From a virus, in IMG/VR virus record IMGVR_UViG_3300003690_000003, positions 32,001 to 96,000 of that record: 64,000 bases of DNA. The stretch is one strand, 5' to 3'. Positions 8,696 through 19,209 of the stretch are shown in pieces. Below the pieces are notes generated by a model. That model worked only from the letters and a program-made list of their open reading frames with translations, was not told the DNA's origin and made no database searches. Each line of letters begins with the position of its first letter. The first letter of the stretch is position 1. The translations under genes were made by a program, and so were the position numbers.

Positions 8696-11600
8696 CTATC
8701 CTAGTAGTTTCATGTTTCTTCTAACAGACCTAGTGCTGAACCCCCATTGCTCATTATAATCCAAACGAGCCATGTAGGGTCTATTGATAAACACTTGATC
8801 CTTACCTGGTATTATGCCCCAACATCTAATCTTTGTCAAGGTAGAATTACCGTCTATTGCAGTTATAACCAAATATGGTTTGCCGTTCTTTGTTTTGCGC
8901 TCTATAACCTCCCGAGGAATAAACCATACCAATCCTAGCTCTCGATCATATTCTGATATGGGTGGGATGTACAACTCATCCAGCCGGCTCTTAGTGTGGT
9001 GATCTAAGACTAGATCCATAGGGAAGATGCCCGTAAGACTGACAGTATTTTCAATCTCTTCTTCGTGCGAAAACTCACCTTCGGGCTTATATGTTTCTAT
9101 ATTCTCGTTGAACTTCTTCTTGTTCTTTGGGCGATCGACCGCTACCGATGACCAAAAATGTTTGCGTCCTGTAAAACGGTCATCTATTAAACTATCCATG
9201 GCTCCGCTTCGTACTAACACGTCCAATGCCTTCTTATTGAACTTAGAGTATACCACATCTGGATGGAATATGGCATCTTCAATCGTGTCGAAAGGACGAT
9301 TTTTTAATACCTGCTCAATGGCTGCGTCGCCAAGTCCCTTCAACGAAGATAATGGCTGCACTAGTGTCATACTGTCATTGGGATCGATTTCCCACACGTC
9401 AATCGACATATTAATGTCTGCCTTCTCAATATTAAATCCATAGCTCTTAGCAATATTGATTGCCTTCTCTTTTCTAGACTCGGGCTCTTTGTCAAGGAAT
9501 GCCGCCATCCATTCAGCAGGGTAGTAGTTTAGTAGCCATGCGCATTGGAATGAAATAATAGAATAAGAAACGGCATGCGATTTATTAAAGCCGTAGCCTG
9601 AGAAATACTCAAAAGTTTTCCATAGTCTGTCAGCCTGTGAAATTCTCATCCCTTTCTCCTGACAACCCTCCACGAACTTTGCATAAAGTTTGTTCTTAAC
9701 TTCGTGACCCTTTCCGGTCCCTTTCTTAGTAAGAACCTTACGAAGCATATTTCCCTCATCGAGACTAAGGTTTTTACCAAGTTTATGAGCGAGCAGCGCT
9801 ATCTGTTCCTGAAAAATAAGAAATCCAAATGTCTCTTGTGTTTCTTCTTTTACAATCTCATGAACGTGGTCGATGTTTTCCGGATGTCTCTTGGCTTCTA
9901 CATATTGTTCATGTACGTTAGCCGATAGCGGGCCCGGGCGATAGATGGCAGTGATGGCTGCGATATCAATCAAACTCTCTGGGCGCGCTCTCTTGCAGAA
10001 GTTTTGTGCCGGCTGTTCCGTGAACTGAAAGATACCGGCCCAGCTGCCTTTGTGAAAAATATTCTTATACACTTCTTGATTATCAAAATCAATCGTATCA
10101 GGGTGAAGATGTTTGTGGTAGAAGTTTTTAACGTCTTCAAATGTAGGGTTCTCCACCCCGTGGTGCCTACGTAGCACGTGCCGGATACACCCGTCAATCA
10201 TTCGAAGTGTAGAAAGCCCAAGCAAATCAAACTTAATGAACCCTAGCGGTTCTAGGTGTCGAACATTTTGACCTTCTGACCACGGTGCTTGGCGTACGCC
10301 TCCAGAATTAATGAGGGGCATACGCTCGTCCAAGTTCTCGGCTATAAGAACGCCGCCGGCATGCCGACTGCAGCTGCGTACCTGTCCTACCAACGCCTCC
10401 ACATGCGTCTTAATGCGTGGATGCTTTACCAGGAAGCCGCGCAGAGAGGGGCTGAACTCCATAACCTCTTCCCATGTAGGATTATAGACGCCAGCTTTAA
10501 TATCGTTCTTACGTTTGGCATCTTGAAGCGCTTCTCTTACCATCACACTTGTGACTTTGTTAACTTCTATAAATGGGATATCATAAAACTTTGAAATATC
10601 TTTAAGGAGCGACCTTAGCTGAAGGGTGTTCCAATTTGAGATAGGGACTACGGTGTTCTCACCCCAGTCTTTCGCGAGACGCTCTTTAAGTTCCATGGGC
10701 TCTGACACATCGAAGTCGATATCAGGGTAATCCGTAGCGTCGCGACGTAAAAATCTCTCAAACAGGAGTCCCCATCGAACCGGATCAACCTGTGTAATAT
10801 CCAGCACATAGGCTACCAGAGAACCTGCTGCTGAACCTCGGCCAGGTCCTGTAACCTGAACCTCATTAGCCTTGTCAACAATCGCTTTCATTGTCAAAAA
10901 ATACTTGCTGAATCCTCGATCCTTAATGACTTCAAGTTCCATTTTTAAGCGTGAGGTATATTTTTGATTCGTATGAAGGTCCTTCGTACGCAAACCATCG
11001 ATGGCTAGCTTTTGAAGGGCTTCTTCAGCGGTTGCCCCTTCGGGAACAACAAAGTCTGGTAACTTGATAGAAGTGTCGGGTTGAAAATCTTCGATGCGAT
11101 TAAAAGCAATATTGTGAGTTTCAGTAAGGGAACTCAATACAAGATCATCATCGTATTCTACCTCGCATGCTTCTGAATACTTTTTATAGGCTTCCCACAT
11201 TTGATCACCGTTTTTAGGGTAAAGTTCATACCCAATCGTATCAACATCTATAGGCAAATCATCTGACATCCACTCGGGTCTTTGCATACTCTTTCCAAGC
11301 CAGCCTAAGCGCTTGTATAACTCTCGATCTTTCCATGCGGTCGGATTTGGGTAGTGACTATCGGCCGTAGAAATTAAAGTAATCCCATATTCATCCTTCA
11401 TCTGGATGATATACTTGTTCAACTCATGTTGCTCGGGAACGCTGTTCCATTGTAGCTCTCCATACCAACGGTCTCCAAATATTCTTACCATGTTCTCGGT
11501 AGTTCCGCGCATTGCGTTCAGAATAGCCTCTTCGCCTTCTTCCCGATTGCTCCAATAGTCCCCCGCATAGATGCCCCCCAGACATGCGCTCGCTGCAATA

Positions 11601-12136
11601 ATCCCTTCGTTATATTTCTCCAACATTTCATAGTCTACACGGGGATAACGATAAAAGTTTTCTTGCTTGTAGCTTTGTGAGATTAGCTTGAAAATATTAT
11701 TTAAGCCTGTCTGATTTTGGGCCAAGAGAATCATGTGCCGCCGATGATTGAGAAGACTACGAATAGCTTTCTTACTTTCTCCTTCATCTTCGATCGTGGT
11801 GCCGCTCATTTCATTATTAAGTTTACGAGCCTCTTTCGCATCTGCTTTTATTCTATCATATTCTTCACGCCACTCGCTGATGCTGGGAATAAAATACGCT
11901 TCCACTCCATAGATGGCTTTAAACTTCTTACCCTCGGCTTGCATCTTTTTTAGGTGTAGAAATTGATGACTGAACCCATTCATATTTCCGTGATCGGTAA
12001 GCGCCAGTGCCTCCCCGCCATTCTCATAGGCAAAATCCATGTGTTCTGGTGGATATCCAATCGCATCAAAGATACTTCCTGCGACACTATGAGCATGTAG
12101 TCCAACAAATGGGATTGAGGGTTCTTTTCTATTCAT
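8696..12136 (-). CDS. dnaE: DNA polymerase III alpha subunit (family C)
   Basis: PHP domain (LHAHS, LTDHGN, GVEAY, TADSHY), GPGRGSAAGSLVAY, PDIDFD, HAGGV, KFDLLGL, YGFNKSHA. Confidence 0.97.
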   Translation of the reverse strand: MNRKEPSIPFVGLHAHSVAGSIFDAIGYPPEHMDFAYENGGEALALTDHGNMNGFSHQFLHLKKMQAEGKKFKAIYGVEAYFIPSISEWREEYDRIKADAKEARKLNNEMSGTTIEDEGESKKAIRSLLNHRRHMILLAQNQTGLNNIFKLISQSYKQENFYRYPRVDYEMLEKYNEGIIAASACLGGIYAGDYWSNREEGEEAILNAMRGTTENMVRIFGDRWYGELQWNSVPEQHELNKYIIQMKDEYGITLISTADSHYPNPTAWKDRELYKRLGWLGKSMQRPEWMSDDLPIDVDTIGYELYPKNGDQMWEAYKKYSEACEVEYDDDLVLSSLTETHNIAFNRIEDFQPDTSIKLPDFVVPEGATAEEALQKLAIDGLRTKDLHTNQKYTSRLKMELEVIKDRGFSKYFLTMKAIVDKANEVQVTGPGRGSAAGSLVAYVLDITQVDPVRWGLLFERFLRRDATDYPDIDFDVSEPMELKERLAKDWGENTVVPISNWNTLQLRSLLKDISKFYDIPFIEVNKVTSVMVREALQDAKRKNDIKAGVYNPTWEEVMEFSPSLRGFLVKHPRIKTHVEALVGQVRSCSRHAGGVLIAENLDERMPLINSGGVRQAPWSEGQNVRHLEPLGFIKFDLLGLSTLRMIDGCIRHVLRRHHGVENPTFEDVKNFYHKHLHPDTIDFDNQEVYKNIFHKGSWAGIFQFTEQPAQNFCKRARPESLIDIAAITAIYRPGPLSANVHEQYVEAKRHPENIDHVHEIVKEETQETFGFLIFQEQIALLAHKLGKNLSLDEGNMLRKVLTKKGTGKGHEVKNKLYAKFVEGCQEKGMRISQADRLWKTFEYFSGYGFNKSHAVSYSIISFQCAWLLNYYPAEWMAAFLDKEPESRKEKAINIAKSYGFNIEKADINMSIDVWEIDPNDSMTLVQPLSSLKGLGDAAIEQVLKNRPFDTIEDAIFHPDVVYSKFNKKALDVLVRSGAMDSLIDDRFTGRKHFWSSVAVDRPKNKKKFNENIETYKPEGEFSHEEEIENTVSLTGIFPMDLVLDHHTKSRLDELYIPPISEYDRELGLVWFIPREVIERKTKNGKPYLVITAIDGNSTLTKIRCWGIIPGKDQVFINRPYMARLDYNEQWGFSTRSVRRNMKLLG

Positions 12137-13046
12137 TATCGTTTTCTCCTATACTAATATGACCAGTGACAAATCCGTAGGGGCGTTTGATTTCCATATA
12201 ATGTCCTGATGTTATTAGTGTACAATATTGAGCCCACGTTGTCAAGTCGTAAAACCAAGGAAGTTCATTTATTATTGCGTCCGACTGGTCTGCCTCTTTA
12301 AATACATCTGACAACTTAAAATGTCTAGACTTTCTGCGCTCTTCGGGGGGAAGTTTTCTTTTGGGTATTTCTTCCTCATTAGTCGGAGGATAATAGGTAC
12401 GAGAGTTAGATTTAATCACATTTCGGGCGCGCCGCCATTCTTCCGTATCAAAGGTAAATCCCAAGGGAAGGCCATCACAAACCGTTTTACCTTCATGCGA
12501 AAAATAAAATGGTTTCTTTCCGCTTATCTTGCTTCTCGCCTTTTTAATCTCGTTTAAGCCACACACTCCAAAAGGAAAACTTACGTAGTAGCGATCAGGA
12601 ATAAGCCAACGTCCCAGCCGTCTACAAATCCAGTATGCAACGTTTGCACCATGAATAATAGACCACGCGTAGCAATCATATTTATCTCGATGTTTTGGAT
12701 GAATCGGTACATAATATATGGGAATTGATACATGACCTTCTTTGGGATATTTCACATAGCGCCCCGCTTCAATCGTATATAAATCCTCTACCCAATCTCC
12801 TACTTTGTGTTTGATAAGTGGTGCGATATCATCATTACAAACTATCCAGATGGTTTCACAGCCTGCGTAAGAACATTCGGCTACCGCAGCCTCAATCAAA
12901 CTAAAATCCGACGCTATCGGCATTAATGTATCGTGGCCTGGCAGATTAAACTCTCCGGTTGACGACGCCACTGGAATGATACCGGCTAAGTGAAAAGCTG
13001 TTTTGCTTTGTCGTGCTATGTCCATTCCTTTGACGCGTTGCAACAA
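12129..13046 (-). CDS. Divergent sugar-nucleotidyltransferase (GT-A/NTP_transferase)-like protein
   Basis: AGIIPVAS...LMPI...LIEAAVAECSYAGCETIWIV resembles the RmlA/GalU N-terminus, but the GxGTR loop is degenerate. Confidence 0.55.
   Translation of the reverse strand: MLQRVKGMDIARQSKTAFHLAGIIPVASSTGEFNLPGHDTLMPIASDFSLIEAAVAECSYAGCETIWIVCNDDIAPLIKHKVGDWVEDLYTIEAGRYVKYPKEGHVSIPIYYVPIHPKHRDKYDCYAWSIIHGANVAYWICRRLGRWLIPDRYYVSFPFGVCGLNEIKKARSKISGKKPFYFSHEGKTVCDGLPLGFTFDTEEWRRARNVIKSNSRTYYPPTNEEEIPKRKLPPEERRKSRHFKLSDVFKEADQSDAIINELPWFYDLTTWAQYCTLITSGHYMEIKRPYGFVTGHISIGENDNE
12217..12245 (-). promoter_or_regulatory. sigma70-type promoter for dnaE
   Basis: TTGACA-17 nt-TACACT on the minus strand, inside the 3' end of the upstream gene. 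Confidence 0.65.
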
Positions 13047-13783
13047 AAAATATTAGATGTTGTGTCCTCTCTTACAATAAATTCTTTTTTATGTTTGTGA
13101 AGCTCTCGTCTGTCGTGTTCCAGGACCAGATTAAGATTATGAACCTTATCACCAAACCGACGCTCAGGGCCTTGTAACCCATTCTCTTTTATTAACCTCA
13201 TTGCTGCGAACCTGGCTGCAGTCTCAGAATATTCAAACTCCCGCAGCTGATCACATGGAATATATGACTTGGTATAACAGTCTTTAAAAGAACCATCATT
13301 ACCATCTTTTCTGATGGATGGATAAAAAACGAGCTCTTTAACAAAGTTGCCGTGGCCCTCAACTGTGCCAGCGGTCTGTTTGGCTCCGCGTTTGATGTCA
13401 AACCAGTCATAAACAATATACTCTTCTACCTTTTCTTCTATGGCTAGCCCCTCTACCCTGTCGAGATCAAAGATATAAAGCTCCTCAAAACGAATCTTAA
13501 TCATCCGATAAAACTCTGTTATAACTTTGACGGTAGATTCCTCAACTCTAATACTTTCTATTTCCGAAGGAATAGGTGTCAATCCTCGCATGCCTAGCTC
13601 AAATGTCAAACGGTACCAGTTAGTCGCTTTTTCTTTTTCTTCTATAGGATGAGGAAGCGTCACCCCATTAATGAGAAGAGTGGCACCATTGGCCATGGCA
13701 AACTGGAGGGCCGGCAAACTGTATCCAACAACGAGTTTTCTACTTTTTAGTTCTGGTGTCTCAATCACTTTAGGCACGTTCAT
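13016..13783 (-). CDS. Hypothetical protein (degenerate Rossmann-like N-terminus)
   Basis: LVVGYSLPALQFA; tightly packed in the operon. Confidence 0.55.
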   Translation of the reverse strand: MNVPKVIETPELKSRKLVVGYSLPALQFAMANGATLLINGVTLPHPIEEKEKATNWYRLTFELGMRGLTPIPSEIESIRVEESTVKVITEFYRMIKIRFEELYIFDLDRVEGLAIEEKVEEYIVYDWFDIKRGAKQTAGTVEGHGNFVKELVFYPSIRKDGNDGSFKDCYTKSYIPCDQLREFEYSETAARFAAMRLIKENGLQGPERRFGDKVHNLNLVLEHDRRELHKHKKEFIVREDTTSNIFCCNASKEWT

Positions 13784-14063
13784 AGGTCGATAAGCTACCT
13801 ATAACATAGTTTTCAGTAATAGTGTGGTATACGTGGTTCTCATAAGTAATCTCACGAATCATGTGTGCTTCAACTACCAAAAGCCATCCCGGCTCCCATT
13901 GGCGTTGGCAATCGGCGGCGCCTCCATCGGGGCTCACGCGAACGACAGCGTAAGGCTCCACAGGTGCCTGATAATCTGAAGGAAGTAGTATAGTACCTTC
14001 TTCCGTTCTTTCATCTTCTATCAGTTCAATACTAATATTTCTATTATGTGGCAAAAATCTCAT
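13770..14063 (-). CDS. GroES/Cpn10-like co-chaperonin
   Basis: FLPHNRNISIE, TEEGTILLP mobile loop, ITENYVIG C-terminus; 97 aa. Confidence 0.7.
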   Translation of the reverse strand: MRFLPHNRNISIELIEDERTEEGTILLPSDYQAPVEPYAVVRVSPDGGAADCQRQWEPGWLLVVEAHMIREITYENHVYHTITENYVIGSLSTYERA

Positions 14064-14434
14064 TTTTTCTCCAAATCTTCTATGGCTGCTTTAATCGCTT
14101 CTTCCGCCAACACCGAACAATGTATTTTAACGGGAGGGAGCGATAATTCCTCTACAATATCGGTATTTTTAATTTCGGCCGCTTCTTTTAGGGTTTTACC
14201 CTTTATCCACTCTGTAGCTAAAGAAGACGCTGCTATGGCGGATCCGCACCCAAAGGTTTTGAACTTCGCATCGCAAATACGCCCATCATCACCTACTTTA
14301 ATCTGTAACTTCATAACATCCCCACATTCGGGAGCGCCTACAACGCCTGTCCCTACGCGCGCGTCTTCCTTATTAAAAGAGCCCATATTGCGGGGGCTAT
14401 TAAAATGATCTAAAACTTTTTTTGAATATGCCAT
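14060..14434 (-). CDS. iscU: Fe-S cluster scaffold IscU
   Basis: MAYSKKVLDHF.PRNMG, GAPECGDVMKLQI, FKTFGCGSAIA, LPPVKIHCSVLAE; AAGGAG SD before ATG 14434. Confidence 0.96.
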   Translation of the reverse strand: MAYSKKVLDHFNSPRNMGSFNKEDARVGTGVVGAPECGDVMKLQIKVGDDGRICDAKFKTFGCGSAIAASSLATEWIKGKTLKEAAEIKNTDIVEELSLPPVKIHCSVLAEEAIKAAIEDLEKK

Positions 14435-14453
14435 GATTTTCTCCTTATATTGA

Positions 14454-16862
14454 TTAGCCGCATTTGGCATGCCCGCAGGCTTTACAGGTTATACACCCTT
14501 CCATATATACCAGCCCTTCGGCGTTGCATTCCGAACAAGTCTTTTCAGAAGGACAGGAACCATTGATGATATATCCTTTAAGGACTCTCGCCACGCAGCG
14601 CGCAAAACTAAACATATCGCTATCGCGATCTTTTTGTAGTTGTTCTACAACATACTGAGTGTTGGCACCGTGGCGTAAGCCCAAAGATATCATACGTGTG
14701 AATGCAGAATGATTGGGATTATCAAAAACCTTTACCAAATCTTTTACTGTGAGAGTTTCACCATTTTTGCCAATCTTTAGATCATAGATAGAGTTCATTG
14801 TCTTGCGAGGATTTTTAACTAGAATGCCCTCTTCTCTGTTCCTAGGTATCTCAATTAAATTTGATAAACCGCCCATTACTTCATAAGGTCTACCATCCAT
14901 GAGTCCAACCATGATTACCCATTTTTCTCCCTGAATCGTAGCACGATGTATATTACAAGGCAGCTCGGTGGGACGCTTAGGCGCTGTATGATGGGGAAAT
15001 CGTTCTTTTCCTCTCTCCACCAATACACCAGATCGAGACCCCGCAACATATACGGTGATTCCTTTAAGCCCTTGCTTCCACCCCTCCATATAAATCTCGC
15101 CCACTACACTTGAAGGGGTTCCTTTAGGAAGATTGATAGTAGAACTAATGGAATGGTCAATGCTTCGTTGGATTACTGCTTGAACCTTTACCCGTTTCGT
15201 CCAATCAATATCTCCTGATTCTACAAAAAAACTAGGAGGGGTATCCTCTCCGAACAAATCTAAATACTCGCGCACGTTGTGGTGAAATACTTTATATTCT
15301 AGCCATTTATCTCCAAGTTCATCAGTATAATCTGCTTCCAAATCTTGTTCGTTGTGAGACAGCTTACGGCGCCGGATGTAAATATTTTTGAACACCGGCT
15401 CTAGGCCAGAAGAGGTTTGTGACAGAATGGAGACTGAGCCGGTAGGGGCGTTCGTGAGGATAGAAATATTGCGGCGTCCAAAAGTCTCAAATTTCTCGGA
15501 CAGATTTTTTGGGAGCCTTTGGATATATGGATTGTTTTTCTCTTTCTCCCAATCGAATACCGGAAAAGCGCCACGTTCCTGGGCTAAATAAACACTCTCC
15601 AGGTACGCAGTATCACGAATAGTCTCATAGATTTGCTTGATGATTTCGATGGCTTCATCCGAATCATAAGCTAGCTTGAGACGAGCCAGAGCATCTGCAA
15701 GGCCATGAGTACCAAGCCCCGTCCTGCGGCCGTTCACACACGCTGTATGCAAGTTATTCCATAGTTCTTTTTCGCTCTCCGTGTCACAAACCTCTTTGAT
15801 TGCTTCTAACTTTTCTAGCTCCAGTTCTACAAGGTCATCCGACAGACGCATACCCACAGACGTGATTTCTTTTAGTTTATTAAAATCAAAGACCGCTTTA
15901 TCACTGAACGGATTGCGTACTAAATGTTTAAGATTTAAAGAGATTAAACGACAACTATCGTAGGCCGAAAGGGGGATTTCTCCGCACGGATTCGTTGTAA
16001 GAGTGCGAAATCCTTCATCTTTATAACAGTCTGCTGGTAAATTCTCGATGATATTATCCCACATAAGAAGTCCTGGCTCTGCGGTGGTTGTTGCTGAATC
16101 TACTATCTTCTTCCATAGTTCCTCGGCTTGAATCTCGATTCTATGTGTAGGATCAGCCGAATCAACGGGAAACTGTAAAATAAATGATTCTTTATTTTCA
16201 ACTGCTCTCATGAAAGAATCGCTTATTTTCACCGATACGTTTGCCCCAGTCACCTTAGTAAGATTTTGTTTCATTACAACAAACTTCTCAATGTCGGGGT
16301 GTCGGATATCCATCGAGATCATCAGCGCGCCGCGGCGACCATTCTGGCCTATCATCCGACAAACATAAGAATAGAAATCTGCGAAGGACCAGGCGCCCGT
16401 AGTAGTGCGAGCGGAGTTATTTACTGGGGCATTTTCGGGGCGCAAGTTAGATATGTCAAGGCCAACACCACAGCGACGCTTAAATAAATTAGCCAAATCT
16501 TTTCCGGCATCGACGATCGAGCTAATATTATCGTTGGGAGATTCCACAACAACACAGTTGGATAAAGATACGTTAACATAATTATTTCCTATTCCCATCA
16601 TGGGCGAGCCTTGCGGCACAATATATTTAAAGTTTTTAAAATACGAAAAGATTTCTTCCTCAGTTAAGCGGTTACCTTCAAACTTATCTTCGATACGGGC
16701 AAACTCTCTGGCCAACCGCTTGTGCATATCGGTTGGAGTTTTTTCTATAAAATTCCCCTCGTTGTCTTGCAAACAATATTTAGTTATGAAAACATTGGTG
16801 GCTAGTTCATCCTCATTAAAATATGCTAGGGTCGCCTCTCGGACTTCTTCTACAGTATACAT
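14454..16862 (-). CDS. nrdJ: Class II (B12-dependent) ribonucleotide reductase
   Basis: SLSNC, TNPCGEIPL, APTGS, SISSTIN, KGITVY, C-terminal CxxC...EGC..CxxCG; no beta-subunit gene nearby. Confidence 0.9.
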   Translation of the reverse strand: MYTVEEVREATLAYFNEDELATNVFITKYCLQDNEGNFIEKTPTDMHKRLAREFARIEDKFEGNRLTEEEIFSYFKNFKYIVPQGSPMMGIGNNYVNVSLSNCVVVESPNDNISSIVDAGKDLANLFKRRCGVGLDISNLRPENAPVNNSARTTTGAWSFADFYSYVCRMIGQNGRRGALMISMDIRHPDIEKFVVMKQNLTKVTGANVSVKISDSFMRAVENKESFILQFPVDSADPTHRIEIQAEELWKKIVDSATTTAEPGLLMWDNIIENLPADCYKDEGFRTLTTNPCGEIPLSAYDSCRLISLNLKHLVRNPFSDKAVFDFNKLKEITSVGMRLSDDLVELELEKLEAIKEVCDTESEKELWNNLHTACVNGRRTGLGTHGLADALARLKLAYDSDEAIEIIKQIYETIRDTAYLESVYLAQERGAFPVFDWEKEKNNPYIQRLPKNLSEKFETFGRRNISILTNAPTGSVSILSQTSSGLEPVFKNIYIRRRKLSHNEQDLEADYTDELGDKWLEYKVFHHNVREYLDLFGEDTPPSFFVESGDIDWTKRVKVQAVIQRSIDHSISSTINLPKGTPSSVVGEIYMEGWKQGLKGITVYVAGSRSGVLVERGKERFPHHTAPKRPTELPCNIHRATIQGEKWVIMVGLMDGRPYEVMGGLSNLIEIPRNREEGILVKNPRKTMNSIYDLKIGKNGETLTVKDLVKVFDNPNHSAFTRMISLGLRHGANTQYVVEQLQKDRDSDMFSFARCVARVLKGYIINGSCPSEKTCSECNAEGLVYMEGCITCKACGHAKCG

Positions 16863-16863
16863 T

Positions 16864-18222
16864 TTATCTACTCCTGTCTTTAAACTTTTTATATTTTTCA
16901 GCCAGTTTTTGCTTTTGAACCAGGGGGCTTACTTCAATTTCATTGTCGGCGATTGGTTCTAGAATCTTTATAGATACTGTGCTGGTGTCCATATAGAGGG
17001 GGTATATTATACCGTCCGGACCATTCCTATTTTTAGCAATAAAAACCCTGCCTGTATTCCCCAGTTTATCATTGATAGTTCGCGAAATACTAAAAATAAA
17101 ATCTGAAACAAAGCACTTATTAAAGGCTTCTGATATGGATTCCATCGTTATCACTTCAGCATTAAGGCCCGAACGATTTGTTTGTGAGGCAGTCCATACG
17201 GGGCACCTGTACTCCTGGGCCAACCCACGAAGCTCTTCGTAGATAGATTCTAGCTCATTACGCTTCTCTCTTTGGGCTGTTATGGGGCGAAGCAAGTCGG
17301 CATAGTCTACTATAATCATATCAATCGGAACATCCTTCATGCGAAGACGCTCCAAATGTGTTTTAATAGTGTGAGTGGACGCTGACTTCGTTGGATATTC
17401 CTTAATAATTAAGCGACCTTCGATACCTTGAACCTCTTCGTAAACTTTTTCTTTAAATGTAGCTAAATCACCTAACTCAATCCTCGTCAGACAGCTATCA
17501 TAACGCGAGCCGACGACGGTGTCTTGAAGTTCTAAAGTATAATGTATCACCGTCTTGCCTTCTTTAATGGCTTGAGTACCTAAATGCACAAGAGCCATGG
17601 ACTTGCCCACCCCCGTAGGGGCAATAACAACTCCTAGCTCTTTTTGTCCTAGTCCTCCTTGACATATATCATCTATGAGCGGCCATCCCGTTGCGACAGG
17701 ATTGCGGAACTTAGGTTTAAACCTCTCTTCGAAATCCTTTTTCCAATCATAGCCGGCATCGTTATCTGCACCAAGCTTGAGAGACGCATTAATCAACAAC
17801 GCAATTTCATCAAAGGATGAACTTTGCAAAAGACCGATGGACTTAATCATTGCGGACTTTAGATTTTGCTTGCGACAAAAATCCAGGGCAGTATCTTTAA
17901 TATACTCCTGGTTTTCTAGGTGTGTCGACATGACGCGGGCGTAATATTCCCTAACTTGCTGTTGCGTCATCTCATTTTCATCATCAATACCTGAACGCAA
18001 AATAGTCCCGAGGATTTGGCGTGAGGGATGAACCCCGTACTTTTGTCGGTACTGAAATATTACTTTGAGGAAGAGTTTTAAATAACGAAGCTCTAAAAAA
18101 TTAATATCAAGAACTTCTTCTATTTGATCTGCGAAAGGACGATCATCTAAGATGACCATACACAACTGCTCTTGGAATGATTTGCCGTAGCGAGAAAAAG
18201 TTATCTTCTCTTTTGATTCCAT
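16864..18222 (-). CDS. Replicative helicase (T4 gp41/DnaB family)
   Basis: Walker A APTGVGKS, IIKEYPT, IIVDYADL, WTASQTNR, KNRNG. Confidence 0.93.
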   Translation of the reverse strand: MESKEKITFSRYGKSFQEQLCMVILDDRPFADQIEEVLDINFLELRYLKLFLKVIFQYRQKYGVHPSRQILGTILRSGIDDENEMTQQQVREYYARVMSTHLENQEYIKDTALDFCRKQNLKSAMIKSIGLLQSSSFDEIALLINASLKLGADNDAGYDWKKDFEERFKPKFRNPVATGWPLIDDICQGGLGQKELGVVIAPTGVGKSMALVHLGTQAIKEGKTVIHYTLELQDTVVGSRYDSCLTRIELGDLATFKEKVYEEVQGIEGRLIIKEYPTKSASTHTIKTHLERLRMKDVPIDMIIVDYADLLRPITAQREKRNELESIYEELRGLAQEYRCPVWTASQTNRSGLNAEVITMESISEAFNKCFVSDFIFSISRTINDKLGNTGRVFIAKNRNGPDGIIYPLYMDTSTVSIKILEPIADNEIEVSPLVQKQKLAEKYKKFKDRSR

Positions 18223-18237
18223 GGGTACCTCTCTCTA

Positions 18238-18266
18238 ATCCTACTAGTTTTTGAGCGCTTTGTCAA
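18238..18266 (-). promoter_or_regulatory. sigma70-type promoter for helicase/RNR
   Basis: TTGACA-17 nt-TAGGAT. Confidence 0.6.
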
Positions 18267-19209
18267 CGGCAAATCGGTTCATAGTCGCAAATAGATCGTC
18301 CCAGTTAAAAACCCCGAAACCATCTTTATTCATCATTTTGATGAACTCGGTTCTATTGAACTCATATCCCAAATTGTTAAATACATAATCGACCTTCTGT
18401 CTACTTTGGCGAGAGAGATTGGGATCGTACAGCTGCATCAACTTGTAGTTCCTTATAACTAGGTTTTTGTTCTCGATAACGCGATCAAAAAATACTACTT
18501 TGCTGTCAACTTTTTCGCAATAATCTATAACCTCTTGAAATGAATACTCTTTGTCCTCAAATAAAAATGGTAATCTTTTTTTGACGGTAGCCAAGCCGGC
18601 TCCAGGAACCCCTTTAAGATTGTCTGACTTATCTCCCGCGATAGCTCGCGCCATGGCAAAGTTGCGCGGATGAATACCAAACTTCTCTAGAATATTCTTC
18701 TGAGTAAGGACTTCTTTCTGGATAGGACGGAACAAAACCGTTTCACCATCACAGAGCTGAATGAAATCTTTATCACTGGAAACCACTACCTTCTGCCATC
18801 CCTTAAATTTATCTGATTGGGTTATGTACGCGATTACATCATCTGCTTCTACCTCGGGAAACATAAACTGCGGGATGGGCAGCTCATTAAGATATTCCAG
18901 AAGACGCGTCTGCTGCCACACCTTGTTCTCTGTCTCTTCGTCAGGAGTAAGGTTGCTCTCGCGGTTAAGACGGATGGGCTTGCGCCCCTCCTTATATTCC
19001 TTCACGATGGCTCGGCGCTTAGCCGATCCTCCTGGACCATCCCAAACTACCACCACCATGTCAGGCTTGTTCTCTCGAACAAGCTTTTGGAGGATCTTCA
19101 AGAATCCTTTAACACCACCGATGGGTTGCCCGTTGGTAGACATACTGGGATCTACAATATATGCCCTGAAATATGCATTCAGCGCATCAATAATCATTAC
19201 TCTTTTCAC
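18244..19209 (-). CDS. 5'-3' exonuclease/flap endonuclease (Pol I N-domain / T4 RNase H family)
   Basis: IIDALN, VVWDG, YKEGR, EADDVIA, SSDKDFIQL, GDKSDNLKGVPGAG. Confidence 0.93.
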   Translation of the reverse strand: MKRVMIIDALNAYFRAYIVDPSMSTNGQPIGGVKGFLKILQKLVRENKPDMVVVVWDGPGGSAKRRAIVKEYKEGRKPIRLNRESNLTPDEETENKVWQQTRLLEYLNELPIPQFMFPEVEADDVIAYITQSDKFKGWQKVVVSSDKDFIQLCDGETVLFRPIQKEVLTQKNILEKFGIHPRNFAMARAIAGDKSDNLKGVPGAGLATVKKRLPFLFEDKEYSFQEVIDYCEKVDSKVVFFDRVIENKNLVIRNYKLMQLYDPNLSRQSRQKVDYVFNNLGYEFNRTEFIKMMNKDGFGVFNWDDLFATMNRFAVDKALKN

